Source of the DNA: Promethearchaeota archaeon
GTDB taxonomy: Archaea; Asgardarchaeota; Lokiarchaeia; Sigyniarchaeales; SOKP01
Direction of reading: 5' to 3'
DNA: 64,000 nt
NCBI GenBank assembly: GCA_048938445.1
Contig: JBHLME010000003.1
Location: 1 to 64,000, forward strand
Below, one piece after another: positions 1 to 11,500 of the stretch (the first letter of the stretch is position 1; the number at the start of each line of letters is the position of its first letter). The position numbers were made by a program, and so were the translations under genes. Under the pieces are notes generated by a model. The model was not told the origin of the DNA, ran no database searches, and was given only the letters and a program-made list of their open reading frames with translations.

Positions 1-114
1 AGTTTATTTCATTTTTTCTAAATATTAAAGTGAAAATCTATCTTTTAATTTAATGAATAATTGTTTATTTATATTCAATATATAAAAAAATTTTGAATTC
101 TAAATGAAGAAATC

Positions 115-1155
115 ATGGAAAATGATCAAGAAAACAGTGCTAAACAAATTTTAGCTGAAAAACAAATAACAGATATCATCTCAGAAGGATTATATTTATT
201 TTACCATAATTATGGAAAAATTATATTGCCGTTTATTCTTTTTCTTACTCTCTCAAACCTTTTCATTGTAATATCAACATCTCAATTAAAATGGTACTTC
301 AATTCTCTAACACCAGAATTTGAAGCAATTATTGAAAGATCTTTAGAAAGCATAGATCCTCTTCCAGACCAAGATATTCTCTTTGCAACACAATATACAT
401 CGATTTATTTCGTTATTTTATTTCTTCAATTTGTAATAACAATATTTTTTACCACGCTATCTATGATTATAGTTAGCTCGTATTTATATAAGAAGTATAC
501 AAAAACGGATGAAACTAACGAGAAAATTATAAATAAAAATTTATTATTTGCCTTATTTTTAATTGGATGTGTCGCTCCTGCTGGTATTTTTCTTATCGTG
601 CCAGGTATAATTATTTTTTATTTTTTCATTTTCATTCTTTTTACTTACAATTTAAAAGGAGTTGATAATCCAATTACAGAAGCAAGATTAATAGCTAGAG
701 GTTCTTTTTTTAAGCTAATAATAGTATTCATGTTTAGTTTTATCATTACGTTTCTGGTCAATAGGATTTATCAACACATTTTAAACGTAATATTCCCCGT
801 AGAAATGTATTACTCATGGTTAGAACCGTCCAATAGAAATTATCTCCTATTATTTTTGTATACATTGATATCTGATGCTGTAGGAATATTATTGGCACCT
901 TTATTTATCTGCTTGTTGACTAGTTTATTTGCTTCTTTAAAAGCAAGGAAAGATTTAGGTTTAAATGATTCACGTAGTTCTTCTTATTTTACGTCGCGTT
1001 CTCATGTTAATCAAGAAGGAGAGGATTATACACAGGCTAGAATACCAATATATAGAAATCCTGGTGTATTCTGTCCATTTTGTGGGGATAATATAATAAT
1101 TATAAAGAAATTTTGTCCTAGTTGCGGGGAATCTTTAAAAGATTTAAAATTATGA
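115..1155 (+). CDS. multi-pass membrane protein with C-terminal double zinc ribbon
   Basis: About 6 hydrophobic segments, then a Ser/Tyr-rich linker and CPFCG-x9-CPSCG at the C-terminus. Confidence 0.8.
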   Translation: MENDQENSAKQILAEKQITDIISEGLYLFYHNYGKIILPFILFLTLSNLFIVISTSQLKWYFNSLTPEFEAIIERSLESIDPLPDQDILFATQYTSIYFVILFLQFVITIFFTTLSMIIVSSYLYKKYTKTDETNEKIINKNLLFALFLIGCVAPAGIFLIVPGIIIFYFFIFILFTYNLKGVDNPITEARLIARGSFFKLIIVFMFSFIITFLVNRIYQHILNVIFPVEMYYSWLEPSNRNYLLLFLYTLISDAVGILLAPLFICLLTSLFASLKARKDLGLNDSRSSSYFTSRSHVNQEGEDYTQARIPIYRNPGVFCPFCGDNIIIIKKFCPSCGESLKDLKL

Positions 1156-1166
1156 GGTTATTTAAA

Positions 1167-1961
1167 ATGCATTTTAATCTTAAACAAGAATTTAAAATTA
1201 ATCAAGATGATCTAAAAGATCCAATTGTACTAATTGGGTGGCCAGGAATCGCATTGGTTGCAAAGCTAGCTATTATGACAATTAAGGATTCTATTAATGC
1301 CGACTTATTTCTCACCATTGAGTATTTTGATTTTGCCCCAAAAGCAGTTGTAGGGAAAAACGGTTCATTAGAGATTCCTTCTGCTAAAGTTTATTACCAA
1401 TCAAGTGATAAAACAAATCAAAAAAATGATATGTTCATTCTAACTGCTGAATATCAACCTCAAAGTCCTAGAGGTGTTTTTGAATTTTCAAAAAATTTTT
1501 GTGAAGAAATGGATAGAATATGTGGCGGTAATATAAAAATGTATGTTAGCATGGGTGCTTTAATAACGGATAACATCATGGACACTCCAATAATTCATGT
1601 ATGTGGCACTAATGATATCATAAAATCATTTTTAGAATTTGAAAATACAACTTTAATGAAAGGGGGTTTAATCGCTGGTGCAAATGGGATTTTACCCGCT
1701 TGGGCGGGTACAAATGATTTTGCTCCGGGAATATGTTTATTAGCAGAAACTATACCATTGCCAATGATGACTCTAGATCCACGAGCCTCAAAGGCTCTTA
1801 TTACCCTTCTCAGAGATTATTTCAAGATTAAAATTGATATTAGTGATATTGATAAAAAAATAGAAGAAATGGAATCAATGTTTATATCTTTCAAGAAGCA
1901 AGCAGATAGTTTTATGAGGGATGCTCAAGAGGATTTAGGTTCAGATTCTTATTTTCGGTAA
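1167..1961 (+). CDS. PAC2-family proteasome assembly chaperone
   Basis: LIGWPGIALVAKLA motif, GLIAGANG, CLLAET, DPRASK. ATG at 1167 follows GAGG (1154-1157), so preferred over the ORF-track start at 1122. Confidence 0.85.
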   Translation: MHFNLKQEFKINQDDLKDPIVLIGWPGIALVAKLAIMTIKDSINADLFLTIEYFDFAPKAVVGKNGSLEIPSAKVYYQSSDKTNQKNDMFILTAEYQPQSPRGVFEFSKNFCEEMDRICGGNIKMYVSMGALITDNIMDTPIIHVCGTNDIIKSFLEFENTTLMKGGLIAGANGILPAWAGTNDFAPGICLLAETIPLPMMTLDPRASKALITLLRDYFKIKIDISDIDKKIEEMESMFISFKKQADSFMRDAQEDLGSDSYFR

Positions 1962-2078
1962 TCTCGAACGATTTTTTAAAAAAAATAACAAATTTTATTC
2001 AGATTAATCAAACTTTTTTTAATTTGAAAGATTATTTAAGATTCATATCCTATCTTATAATGAATTAAAATATCTTAT

Positions 2079-4109
2079 ATGACCATGAAGTTTCTAAAAT
2101 TATTTACACCTTTAAAAATAAGAAATATGGTTGTATCCAACCGTATCGTGATGCCTGCAATTCACACAAATCTAGCTGATAATGGCTTTATTTCAAATAA
2201 ATTGAATAATTTTTACGCCGAAAGAGCTAGAGGTGGTGCAGGTCTAATTTTCGTTGGTGGTTGTTATGTGAGTCTCTATGCTCAAGGAGTTCCAATGATG
2301 ATTGCAATGGATGATGATAAATATTTACCTAAATTATCCGAATTTACTAAAATTCTCCACAAAGCAAGAGAAGATGTGAAAGTGGGCGCTCAATTATATC
2401 ATTCTGGAAGATACTCCTTTCCTCAAGTAATCGGAACGACTCCTTTATCTGCTTCGGCAGTTTATAGTAAATTTAGCAGAACAACTCCAAAAGAAATGAC
2501 CCTCGAGGATATTAAACAAGAACAACAAGCATTTGCTGATGCCGCTAAAAGAGCACAAAAGGCTGGATTTGATTGTGTTGAAATAAGTGCTTCAGCGGGC
2601 TATTTGATAAATCAGTTTCTTTCTCCGTTAACAAATAAACGAAATGATAAATATGGTGGAGATTTAGAAAATCGTTTGAGATTTCCACTTGAGACAATCG
2701 AAATAGTAAAATCTGCTGTTGATGACGATTTTATAATAGGAATGAGAGTTGCGGGGGATGATTTTATGGGAGAAAATAGTAACAGTTATAAGGACCATGC
2801 CGTGTTTGCACAGAGATTTGAGGAAGCTGGCATAGATTTTTTAAGTGTTACAGGTGGATGGCATGAAACAAAAATTCCACAATTAACCATGGACGTTCCA
2901 GAAGGTTGTTATGTATATTTAGCAGAAAATATTAAAGAAAATGTCTCTATTCCCGTGTTTGCGGCAAATAGAATAAATAATCCGGAGTTAGCGGAGTATA
3001 TTTTGATGGCGGGTAAGGTGGACGCAGTTTGTATAGGAAGAGGATTAATAGCCGACCCATTTCTACCTAAGAAAGCAAAAAAGGGAGAAATCCATGATAT
3101 AATGCATTGTGTTGCCTGTAATCAAGGATGTTTTGATGGAATCTTTACAATGAAACCTATTAGTTGTTTAAGAAATGCTAGAGCAGGTAATGAAGAGCGA
3201 ACCGAAATTAAACCTCTTGAGGATAAAAAAAGAGTGTTAATTATAGGGGCAGGTCCTGCTGGTTTAGAAACTGCAAGAGTTGCTGCTATTCGAGGTCATG
3301 AGGTTCATATAATTGAAAAAGAAGATACCATTGGAGGATTATTAAATATCATTCATCTGCCTCCGGGGAGAAGTGAATTCAAAAGAATGATTGAAGATTA
3401 TTCTTATTGGATATCAAAATATGGCATAATTGTGCATTATAAGACCGAAGCAACAATAGACATAATAAAAAGTTTGAATCCTGATAATGTAATTATTGCA
3501 ACTGGGACCTTACCGATTAAAGTTCCAATTCCAGGCATCGATAATGAAAATGTCTATTGGGCAAATGATGCGTTAAAAGGGGATGTGCCTATTGGTAATA
3601 ATAACGTGATTATTGGAGGTGGTGCAACCGGAATAGAATTAGCCATATACATTGCTAAATATGGTAGAATGAATCTTGAAACATTTGATTTTCTTACGCG
3701 ATATAAAGCTTTAGAATTAAATGCTGCCATTGAAAAGATTAGCAAGGGAAATAAAAAAGTAACTGTTTTAGAACAATTACCTCGCTGTGGAGCAAATCTA
3801 GGAAAAACAACTAAATGGGTATTACTTGATAAATGCAACATGTTAGGTGTGAATATTCTAACTAGTGTAAATATAACTGAAATTGGCAAGGATTTTATCT
3901 CTTATACTGATGCAGAAAATAAAGATCAAATCTTAAATGATGTAGATGCTATATATTATGCAACTGGAGTTGTACCTAATGACAAAGTATACAGCATGCT
4001 AAAAGAATCTAATCTAAATATAAAAATTGAAAAAGTGGGAGATGCTAGAAAACCTGCCACCGTTTTAGAAGCTATTGAGAGAGGATTCAAAATTGGCAAT
4101 ACCATATAA
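2079..4109 (+). CDS. fadH: FadH-like NADH:flavin oxidoreductase (OYE TIM barrel + 4Fe-4S + FAD domain; 2,4-dienoyl-CoA reductase family)
   Basis: NRIVMPA, ERARGGAGL, GYLINQFLSPLTNKRNDKYGG, CVACNQGC cluster motif, GAGPAGL and GGGATG Rossmann motifs. Confidence 0.85.
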   Translation: MTMKFLKLFTPLKIRNMVVSNRIVMPAIHTNLADNGFISNKLNNFYAERARGGAGLIFVGGCYVSLYAQGVPMMIAMDDDKYLPKLSEFTKILHKAREDVKVGAQLYHSGRYSFPQVIGTTPLSASAVYSKFSRTTPKEMTLEDIKQEQQAFADAAKRAQKAGFDCVEISASAGYLINQFLSPLTNKRNDKYGGDLENRLRFPLETIEIVKSAVDDDFIIGMRVAGDDFMGENSNSYKDHAVFAQRFEEAGIDFLSVTGGWHETKIPQLTMDVPEGCYVYLAENIKENVSIPVFAANRINNPELAEYILMAGKVDAVCIGRGLIADPFLPKKAKKGEIHDIMHCVACNQGCFDGIFTMKPISCLRNARAGNEERTEIKPLEDKKRVLIIGAGPAGLETARVAAIRGHEVHIIEKEDTIGGLLNIIHLPPGRSEFKRMIEDYSYWISKYGIIVHYKTEATIDIIKSLNPDNVIIATGTLPIKVPIPGIDNENVYWANDALKGDVPIGNNNVIIGGGATGIELAIYIAKYGRMNLETFDFLTRYKALELNAAIEKISKGNKKVTVLEQLPRCGANLGKTTKWVLLDKCNMLGVNILTSVNITEIGKDFISYTDAENKDQILNDVDAIYYATGVVPNDKVYSMLKESNLNIKIEKVGDARKPATVLEAIERGFKIGNTI

Positions 4110-4184
4110 GTGAATTTTTTAAAACTTTATTACATATTTTTCTTTTAATTACCTAATTAGATTGAGAAATAATATTATTGATTA

Positions 4185-5108
4185 ATGACAATTTCTTCTG
4201 AGATACACCAAAAATTAAAGATCCAATTGAATTCTAAATTAAATCATTTACCTAAGAGATCCTTAAATTATATAGAAGATATCATAACTCTCATTAAAAA
4301 AGAAATAGGTCTTGATAAAATCATTTCAATAATATTATTTGGGAGTCAAACTGCTGCAAGAAAAGAAAATACTAAGATTTCTGATTGCGATATTTTAATT
4401 ATTTTTAAGGATGAAGTAACAAATCAAAAAATTCGAAATGTTGAAAAATATTTTGTCTCTCTCGAAATCAAGCATAATTTTAGAGAATATAATAAAACTA
4501 TTCCTAAGAGAATATTAGGTGTCGTCCAACAGACAACTGGAATGTTCATATCACATTTTTTAACAAAAAAAAATTATTGGGAAAATGCAATTTTCCATAA
4601 AATATTCAGAGTGAATGAAGTTTTTGCCGCATTATTTGCGCCTTCAAAAATAGTTCTCTGTTCAGTAATAGATAATAGTACATTAATATATGGAATAGAC
4701 CTAAGAGAAAGTGTAAAAAATAATATTAAAATTCCTTTCTATGACATGATTAAAAGTATAATTATGAACATGATGATTGCAATTTTCTCTATCGTAATTA
4801 CTCCTTTTAAGAATCTTAATTCCATTAAATATGAATTAGAAGCAATTAAATGGGCATTAAGAGCATCGAATTATTATAGTTTTCAAGATGCTGCTTCTTT
4901 AAAAACTATTATAAATCGCTTTAAAATAATAGAAAAATTAAAATTAAAAAAAATTGCTGATATATTCTATAAAAGATTCTTAGAATTACGTCATGATCCA
5001 ATTAGAGATATTAAATTTATTCTCAAAGTACCATTTAGAATCTTAAAAATTCATATAATAGGAATATTACTTAAAAAGATCAATAAGAATAATAATCTAA
5101 AAGGTTAA
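4185..5108 (+). CDS. Pol-beta-superfamily nucleotidyltransferase domain protein with helical C-terminal region
   Basis: IILFGS-x11-SDCDILI signature. Confidence 0.75.
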   Translation: MTISSEIHQKLKIQLNSKLNHLPKRSLNYIEDIITLIKKEIGLDKIISIILFGSQTAARKENTKISDCDILIIFKDEVTNQKIRNVEKYFVSLEIKHNFREYNKTIPKRILGVVQQTTGMFISHFLTKKNYWENAIFHKIFRVNEVFAALFAPSKIVLCSVIDNSTLIYGIDLRESVKNNIKIPFYDMIKSIIMNMMIAIFSIVITPFKNLNSIKYELEAIKWALRASNYYSFQDAASLKTIINRFKIIEKLKLKKIADIFYKRFLELRHDPIRDIKFILKVPFRILKIHIIGILLKKINKNNNLKG

Positions 5109-5151
5109 AAAATAAAAATATTAGTTATTAGTAATTACATAATTAACCTAT

Positions 5152-5166
5152 CGAAAGCTTTTTAAG
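5152..5166 (+). promoter_or_regulatory. archaeal BRE+TATA promoter
   Basis: CGAAAGCTTTTTAAG about 45 nt upstream of ATG 5209. Confidence 0.5.
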
Positions 5167-5208
5167 TGTAAACATTCATAAAATCTTTAGATATAAAACA
5201 ATAATTCC

Positions 5209-5532
5209 ATGTATTTTTTCAGAATGAACTGTATAAACAAAATATTGGAATTTTATTATGAAAAAGGGCGAGTTAAGGACCTTAATTCTGATTCAGTCAA
5301 AATTTGGTATAGCAACATGCTAAGAACATTAACAAGTCAGAATTTAACTAATGAAAAGGATTATTTAAGAGTTAAAAATTGTCTGATCCTCCTGATAAAT
5401 CTCTTCTCGGGTATTGATGATATAGACCACTATAATTTAAAAGGAAAAGGATATCTGGAACTATCTAAATTAGAGAGAAATAAAATGAATGAAGCAATTA
5501 GAACAGCTATTTTAAATGACTCTAGGATTTAA
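5209..5532 (+). CDS. hypothetical protein
   Basis: 107-aa ORF with plausible promoter; no recognisable motif. Confidence 0.6.
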   Translation: MYFFRMNCINKILEFYYEKGRVKDLNSDSVKIWYSNMLRTLTSQNLTNEKDYLRVKNCLILLINLFSGIDDIDHYNLKGKGYLELSKLERNKMNEAIRTAILNDSRI

Positions 5533-7790
5533 AATATTTTAAAATCTTCTTCTTTCCATTGATCATAATTTTCAAAGATTTGATCGATTTTGTATAAAAT
5601 TTCTTCTATTGCTTTTCTTGTTTTATTATCTTGTCCAAAAGTATCCGCAATTACCTTATGCAAATTAACTTGGTACTCAAGGGTTAATTCAGAAATCTTT
5701 GTCAAATCATCGATATGAATACCCTTACTATTCAATTGTTTAATTACATTTTGGATTTCTTCTTTTAGTTTAACCGTAGCGTTTAAAGATCTCTTACATT
5801 TTTCAAATAGTTCTATCTCTTTATTATATATGATGATTTCTTCTTTAGACAATTTGGATTTTTCTACTCCTGCTAGTCTTTCACCTAATAAATGTTTTAC
5901 ACGGTGATAAATAACGATTGAATCATTTATTTTAGTCAAGCTTTTTAATAAATCTCTATTATGGAGAATTTTTGCTTCAACTACTTTTAGATAAGCGCTC
6001 TCTGAATATGTTTGAAGCTCACCAAATGTACTCCTTCCCCATATATTAATTTTATCTCTTACTCTTGATAACTCTTCCCTTAATGCATCCTTTTCTTGGT
6101 CTGATATTTTATCTTTTTTTAATTCTTTATAGATCTTCTTAACATCATGTTTGATAGAAATTACTCTCTTTCTCATACCTGCAGCTTTTTTTTCAATATT
6201 AGTGATGCTACGAGTTTCTCCCTCATGTTCGCAATATTTAAAAATTTTTAAAGATTCATCTAAGAGTTGATAGAATTTATCCACATTAGTTTCGATATAA
6301 TATTTTGAATCTTGTACTTTTTGAATAGCTTTATCCATTTCTACCTCCATTTCAAAAACATGGTCTAATAAAGTTACTTGACTTCTCTCAGAAAGTATTT
6401 TAGATTTTGTTTCCATTTCTTCTTTAACACTTCTACTTGCTAATATCCAGAAGATAGCTCCTGGAACCCAAAAAAATATTGAAATAACCATCATGTCATA
6501 TATTTCGCTAAATAAAAAAATCAACCATGATGCTAATAAAAGTGTTAGGCCTTTACCTACTTGTTCAGAAAGATTAAATAAAGACGCGGCTGTACCTTTG
6601 TGTTCAGGCATGTTTATATCGATCATTACGGCATTCTTATTTGCTACGGGACCTGCAGCTAAGATTGATGCAATTAAAGAAAAGAAAAAACAATAAATAT
6701 AGGATGGATAAGATGTAAAAATGGCAATTAGAGTAAGAATCATGTAATGCCCTACTTCTTGGTTTGGAATTTCGGTAGGATAATGAACTATTGCATTTAG
6801 AACATTAATATCAATAACTTGTAAAGAAAAAAACATTCCCAATGCAAATGGAATTGAAAGAAACATACAAAATGTGGCTAATCTGGCTCGATTTTTTTTA
6901 TTTTTTTTAAATAGCACATCGCCAAAATAGGAAAAAATCAAATTTCCTAAGATATATCCAATACCAACTAAACCTGCGAAAATTGTTGATGTTTGTATCT
7001 TAATTTTATCAGGCAATTCAAAAAAGTAAGAATTTCGTAATAATGTAGTTAAATAATAAATTAAAACAGTTCCTGGAACGATGGCAAAAAATCCTTGAAT
7101 GATAAGACTCTTATTTGTTTTATTATTTATTATTTCTTTTAATTCTTTTTTTGAAATCTTATATTTATATTCAAGATTCATTTCTGTTATTTCTATTAAT
7201 TCTCCTTCACTAGCACCTTTTCGAGGCATCTTTGCAAAAAATAAAAGGAAAATAATTACCATGCTTATTATTGATAATAATAAGAAAGGGAATTTCCAAC
7301 CTAATAATGGTCCTAAAAATGAGGAAAGCGCTTGCCCAGTAGCATTTGATACAGAGCTTAAAATTGCTAAGAGACCGAACCATCCAGATCTTTCATCTGG
7401 CGGAATGGCGTCAGCTATAACCGAATAACCTATTGGTAAAACACATCCTAATCCTGCACCACTAATTGCTCTTGAAAGCAATAAATATTCATATGAATCA
7501 CTAAAATACGTAAAAAACATTCCAAATGTCCATAGTAATGCCCCTGCCATGAGAACTTTGATTCTATCAACTTTATCTGCAAAATAACCCCAAATAAGGG
7601 CAAATACCGCACTTATTAGAATAAAAAAAGCATCAGGCACGGTAAACCATCCTTCAGGTATTCCAAATTCTTCACCGATTATACCATAACTAGGAATGAG
7701 CATGCTTGTACATGCCCAAGAAATAAAAAGTAATACAGTAACAATGATAATTGGTATAATATTTGTTTTTTTAATTCTCGTTATAGGCAT
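5529..7790 (-). CDS. MFS transporter (Spinster-like) with ~300-aa soluble helical C-terminal extension
   Basis: WGYFADKVDR motif A, SRAISGAG, about 12 TM segments, then a long charged helical tail. Confidence 0.85.
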   Translation of the reverse strand: MPITRIKKTNIIPIIIVTVLLFISWACTSMLIPSYGIIGEEFGIPEGWFTVPDAFFILISAVFALIWGYFADKVDRIKVLMAGALLWTFGMFFTYFSDSYEYLLLSRAISGAGLGCVLPIGYSVIADAIPPDERSGWFGLLAILSSVSNATGQALSSFLGPLLGWKFPFLLLSIISMVIIFLLFFAKMPRKGASEGELIEITEMNLEYKYKISKKELKEIINNKTNKSLIIQGFFAIVPGTVLIYYLTTLLRNSYFFELPDKIKIQTSTIFAGLVGIGYILGNLIFSYFGDVLFKKNKKNRARLATFCMFLSIPFALGMFFSLQVIDINVLNAIVHYPTEIPNQEVGHYMILTLIAIFTSYPSYIYCFFFSLIASILAAGPVANKNAVMIDINMPEHKGTAASLFNLSEQVGKGLTLLLASWLIFLFSEIYDMMVISIFFWVPGAIFWILASRSVKEEMETKSKILSERSQVTLLDHVFEMEVEMDKAIQKVQDSKYYIETNVDKFYQLLDESLKIFKYCEHEGETRSITNIEKKAAGMRKRVISIKHDVKKIYKELKKDKISDQEKDALREELSRVRDKINIWGRSTFGELQTYSESAYLKVVEAKILHNRDLLKSLTKINDSIVIYHRVKHLLGERLAGVEKSKLSKEEIIIYNKEIELFEKCKRSLNATVKLKEEIQNVIKQLNSKGIHIDDLTKISELTLEYQVNLHKVIADTFGQDNKTRKAIEEILYKIDQIFENYDQWKEEDFKIF

Positions 7791-7911
7791 TGGAATTCCA
7801 TATTATATAGTGAGATTATATTTAAAATAATACATATCACCTAAAATAACTTTTGAGGATAATTGTTAAGAATTTATTGAATCTAATTTTTATTAGTTTC
7901 TAAGCGTCTTA

Positions 7912-8262
7912 TTAATCTATCATAATTTCAATAATTCTTTGTCTTTTATCGCCTTTTTTCTCTTTTCCAATACCCATAAAACGAGCTAAGAAATATTTCT
8001 TCAGAAGTAAATTCTCGATATCTTTATATGTTCCGTCGGGAAGAACTCTAGCAGTTCCATTAATATAGGCCCCCTTTATTTTTCCAAAAAAACTGCATGG
8101 CGCAATTTTTACATTTGAATTGTTATTAATTCTTTTAATTTTATACCTTGTTTGTTTTGTACTAACATAAAGTTTTCCATCCTTTTCTACAAACCATATT
8201 GGTGTTTCGATGGGATTTCCATCTTTTTTAAATGTAACGAGATTAATGTATTTTCCTTCCAT
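7912..8262 (-). CDS. PPOX-class (putative F420-dependent) split-barrel oxidoreductase
   Basis: YINLVTFKKDG..TPIWF, KIKRINNNSNV.IAPC..G. Confidence 0.85.
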   Translation of the reverse strand: MEGKYINLVTFKKDGNPIETPIWFVEKDGKLYVSTKQTRYKIKRINNNSNVKIAPCSFFGKIKGAYINGTARVLPDGTYKDIENLLLKKYFLARFMGIGKEKKGDKRQRIIEIMID

Positions 8263-8389
8263 TGTAATAAAGGATATTCTACTTTATTTCTTAAACTTTT
8301 AGATTTTACATTAAGAAAATTAATTAATTTATTTATTAAAACTAGTCTAAATCGCTCTTATTAACTTTACAATATAGAGTTTTAAGTAA

Positions 8390-8461
8390 TGGACCTGGCG
8401 GGAATTGAACCCGCGGCCTTTACCATGCCAAGGTAACGATCTTCCACTAATCCACAGGCCC
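8390..8461 (-). tRNA. tRNA-Ala(GGC)
   Basis: Reverse complement GGGCCTG...CAGGTCCA folds as a cloverleaf: anticodon arm TTACC-TTGGCAT-GGTAA, T-loop GGTTCAATTCC, G3:U70 alanine identity pair; no intron, CCA not encoded. Confidence 0.96.
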
Positions 8462-8562
8462 GATAAATATTCAGTAATTAAGATTGTATAATTAAGTGTA
8501 AAAAATAAAATTTTGTTTTTATAATAAAAATTGTTAAATAATTATAACGATTAATCATAGTC

Positions 8563-11500
8563 ATGAAAAGAGTCAAAAATAAAAAGAATGCATTTTATTT
8601 TTCAGCTATTTTAATTAGTATAATAATTACTCCAATAATTGGCCATTATTCACAAATAAATTCTAAAAATTTAGGAAATCAAAATAATGTCATTGGATTA
8701 ATCGATAAAAATTCTATAGCATTAATTAAAGATAATTTAAATAATACTCACTCTGATATGTTCATTCCAGAAATTTCACCTAAGACAGCAACTTTAGATA
8801 GTAATAATTTTGATAATTGGTGGTTAGAAGCGATCGGAGCCACAAATCTAGCATATGATGGAAATGGAGTAACAGTGGCGATTCTTGATACTGGAATTTT
8901 TCCTTCTACTGATTATAATGTCATTGACAATATATGGTTTCTTGATGGAGCAACTGGAACGACCAATACTGGTGATGAGTATGGACATGGAACACACGTA
9001 GCAGGGATCGTTGGTGGTAATGGTGGTGGTTCTACTGGAAAATATCGAGGGGTAGCTCCAGGAGTATCTTTAATTAATGTAAAAATTGCTAATCAAACAG
9101 GTGGAATTTCTCAAGAAGATGTTGTAAATGCTATACAATGGTGTAAAAGTCAAGATGTTGATATCATTTCAATGAGTTTTGGTTATTCCTATCCAAATGT
9201 CTATGATGATATTACACAAGCACTATCTGATGCAACAGATCAGGGAATAATATGCGTTGCTTCAGCAGGAAATTCAGGTCCAGAGTATTTTACTGGAGGT
9301 AGTCCTGCAGTTGGAATTGATGTAATTTCTGTTGGGGCAACTGATAAAAATGATGAATTGGCTTCCTTCAGTAGTATAGGACCTACTACATTAGATTTTG
9401 CGTTTCCTGATGTAGTCGCTCCAGGAGTAGACATTATTTCTGTAGAAGCACATGAATCATTATTATCAGAAATTATGAGGTATATTGGTGACGTTTTCGA
9501 TTATACTGGCTCCGCTGATTATATTCCTTTAAGTGGAACTAGTATGTCATGTCCCATGGTAGCAGGTGCTTTAGCGATTTTACTTGAAGCATATCCATAT
9601 CTAACACCTGAAACAGCACGAATAGCTTTAATGGAAGGTGCTACAAGATTAAAAGATGATAATGACGCTTATTACCTCAAGTCTGGAGCGGGTTTGATTA
9701 ATGTCTCTGCATCCTTAAAATTTCTTGAGTCAATTTCCGGAGATATAAACAATACAGGAAAAATATTACCTGAATTTTTACCAATTAAACCGTATGATTT
9801 GTTACATTTTCCTGGAGATCACCAAAAATTCAACTTAACCATATTATCAGGTAAGGACAATACTTATGCTCTTGAACTCCCTATTATTTCAGGAGTAACT
9901 CTTTCATTAGAGCACTATAATATCTATTTTAATGAAGCTGGAGTAAATTTTACAACATTGGATATAATGATCGATTTAAATGCAACTCCAGGTCTTAGGA
10001 GTTTTAGTATAAACCTTATAAATAATGGATATTTAAATGATTCAATTGATCTTACTTTAGATATTCGATTACCAGAACATAGGATTCTGATGGAGTCTTA
10101 TCATGGATTGAATGATTTTTTTCCTGAATTTTCTTTCTACCAGATGGGTTTTTATGAAGCAATGAATGTCATTACTGAATTGAATATTTCAATCGATTAT
10201 TTAATGGAGTATTGGACTCCCGATTATAATAAAAGTACGGATAATTCCATTTTGACTGAAGAAAGATTATCTCAGTACGATTTGGTCGTGCTTCAGAATC
10301 CCATTTTACCATATAGTCCTTTAGAAATGAATAATTTAATAGATTATTTTAATAATGGCGGAAATATCCTATTTTTGGGAACATTATATCAACACTTATG
10401 TATTGAAAATATCAATGATTTATTTTCACGTTTAGGAACTGGAATTGAAATTAATGAAGAAAATATCAGAATTGAAAACTGGTTAGGGCTTGGTGCTTCT
10501 GTTACTGGTCAAAATGCCGTAGTTAATGCAGCACATCCTATTTTTAATAGTGTTAACACGTTTTATTGGTATTATGGTAGTAGTATATCATGTTCTGACA
10601 GTGCTAATTCAATTGCTTCAATTAATGGAAAAACTGTTACTGCTGCGTATAATGGTAGTGATGTTGGAAAAGGGAAGGTCGTCGCATTTGGCGATTTACA
10701 TTGGATGTATGACAAATTTACTTTATCAACAAATGTTCAAGACCATACGAGGCTCTTAAAAAATATAATGGAATATTACTTTCCTGAAGATACCGTGCCA
10801 TATTCAATTAACATCAATATTCCTTCTGAAGCAGTTTCAAATCCAATCTTAAATATCTCAATTTATGTCAAGAATCAAACCTCAGAATCTCCAATCCAAT
10901 CTTCCTTATTAACATCTTCAAATTTAAACGTTGTTTTAGACAATGGTTCTAAAGTCATTCCAATAATTATGAATTCATTTTCAAATGGAGTTGCTTTTAA
11001 TGATACGATTGATCTCTCAGCTTATTTTGATACAAGTAGCATCCTTTTTACTATTAAAGTGAATTTTACAGTTGGTTCTATAACCTATAATAAAACAGTA
11101 AAATTCCTATATTTTGATCAATCTGATATGCCGGAAATAAATAGTTTTAAAACAAGTGTTAATGAATTAAATAAAGGTAATTACATTAATTTAAATTCAA
11201 CCCTAAGTCATACTAATTGTGATGTAGATGGATTTATGAGCATTTATACGTACAGTTATTATAACAGGAAACAAACAATTAATAGGACCTTGAGTTTCGA
11301 AAACAATACTTTAAAATATTCAAATCGCACCCAAATATTAAATAGTGATCCTTCTGGATATGGGATTGTTTATCTCATTGCAAATAGCTCAAATAATTAT
11401 ATTAATTCAAGAAGTCCCAGAATTGTATTTAAAATATTGAATTATTATCCTAAGATCATTAATTCAACTTCTACATGTAATGGAAACTCTATAATCTCTT

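Noticed and set aside
8390-8563. tRNA-Ala as a possible integration site
   Set aside because: No integrase and no duplicated tRNA 3' end seen in the window
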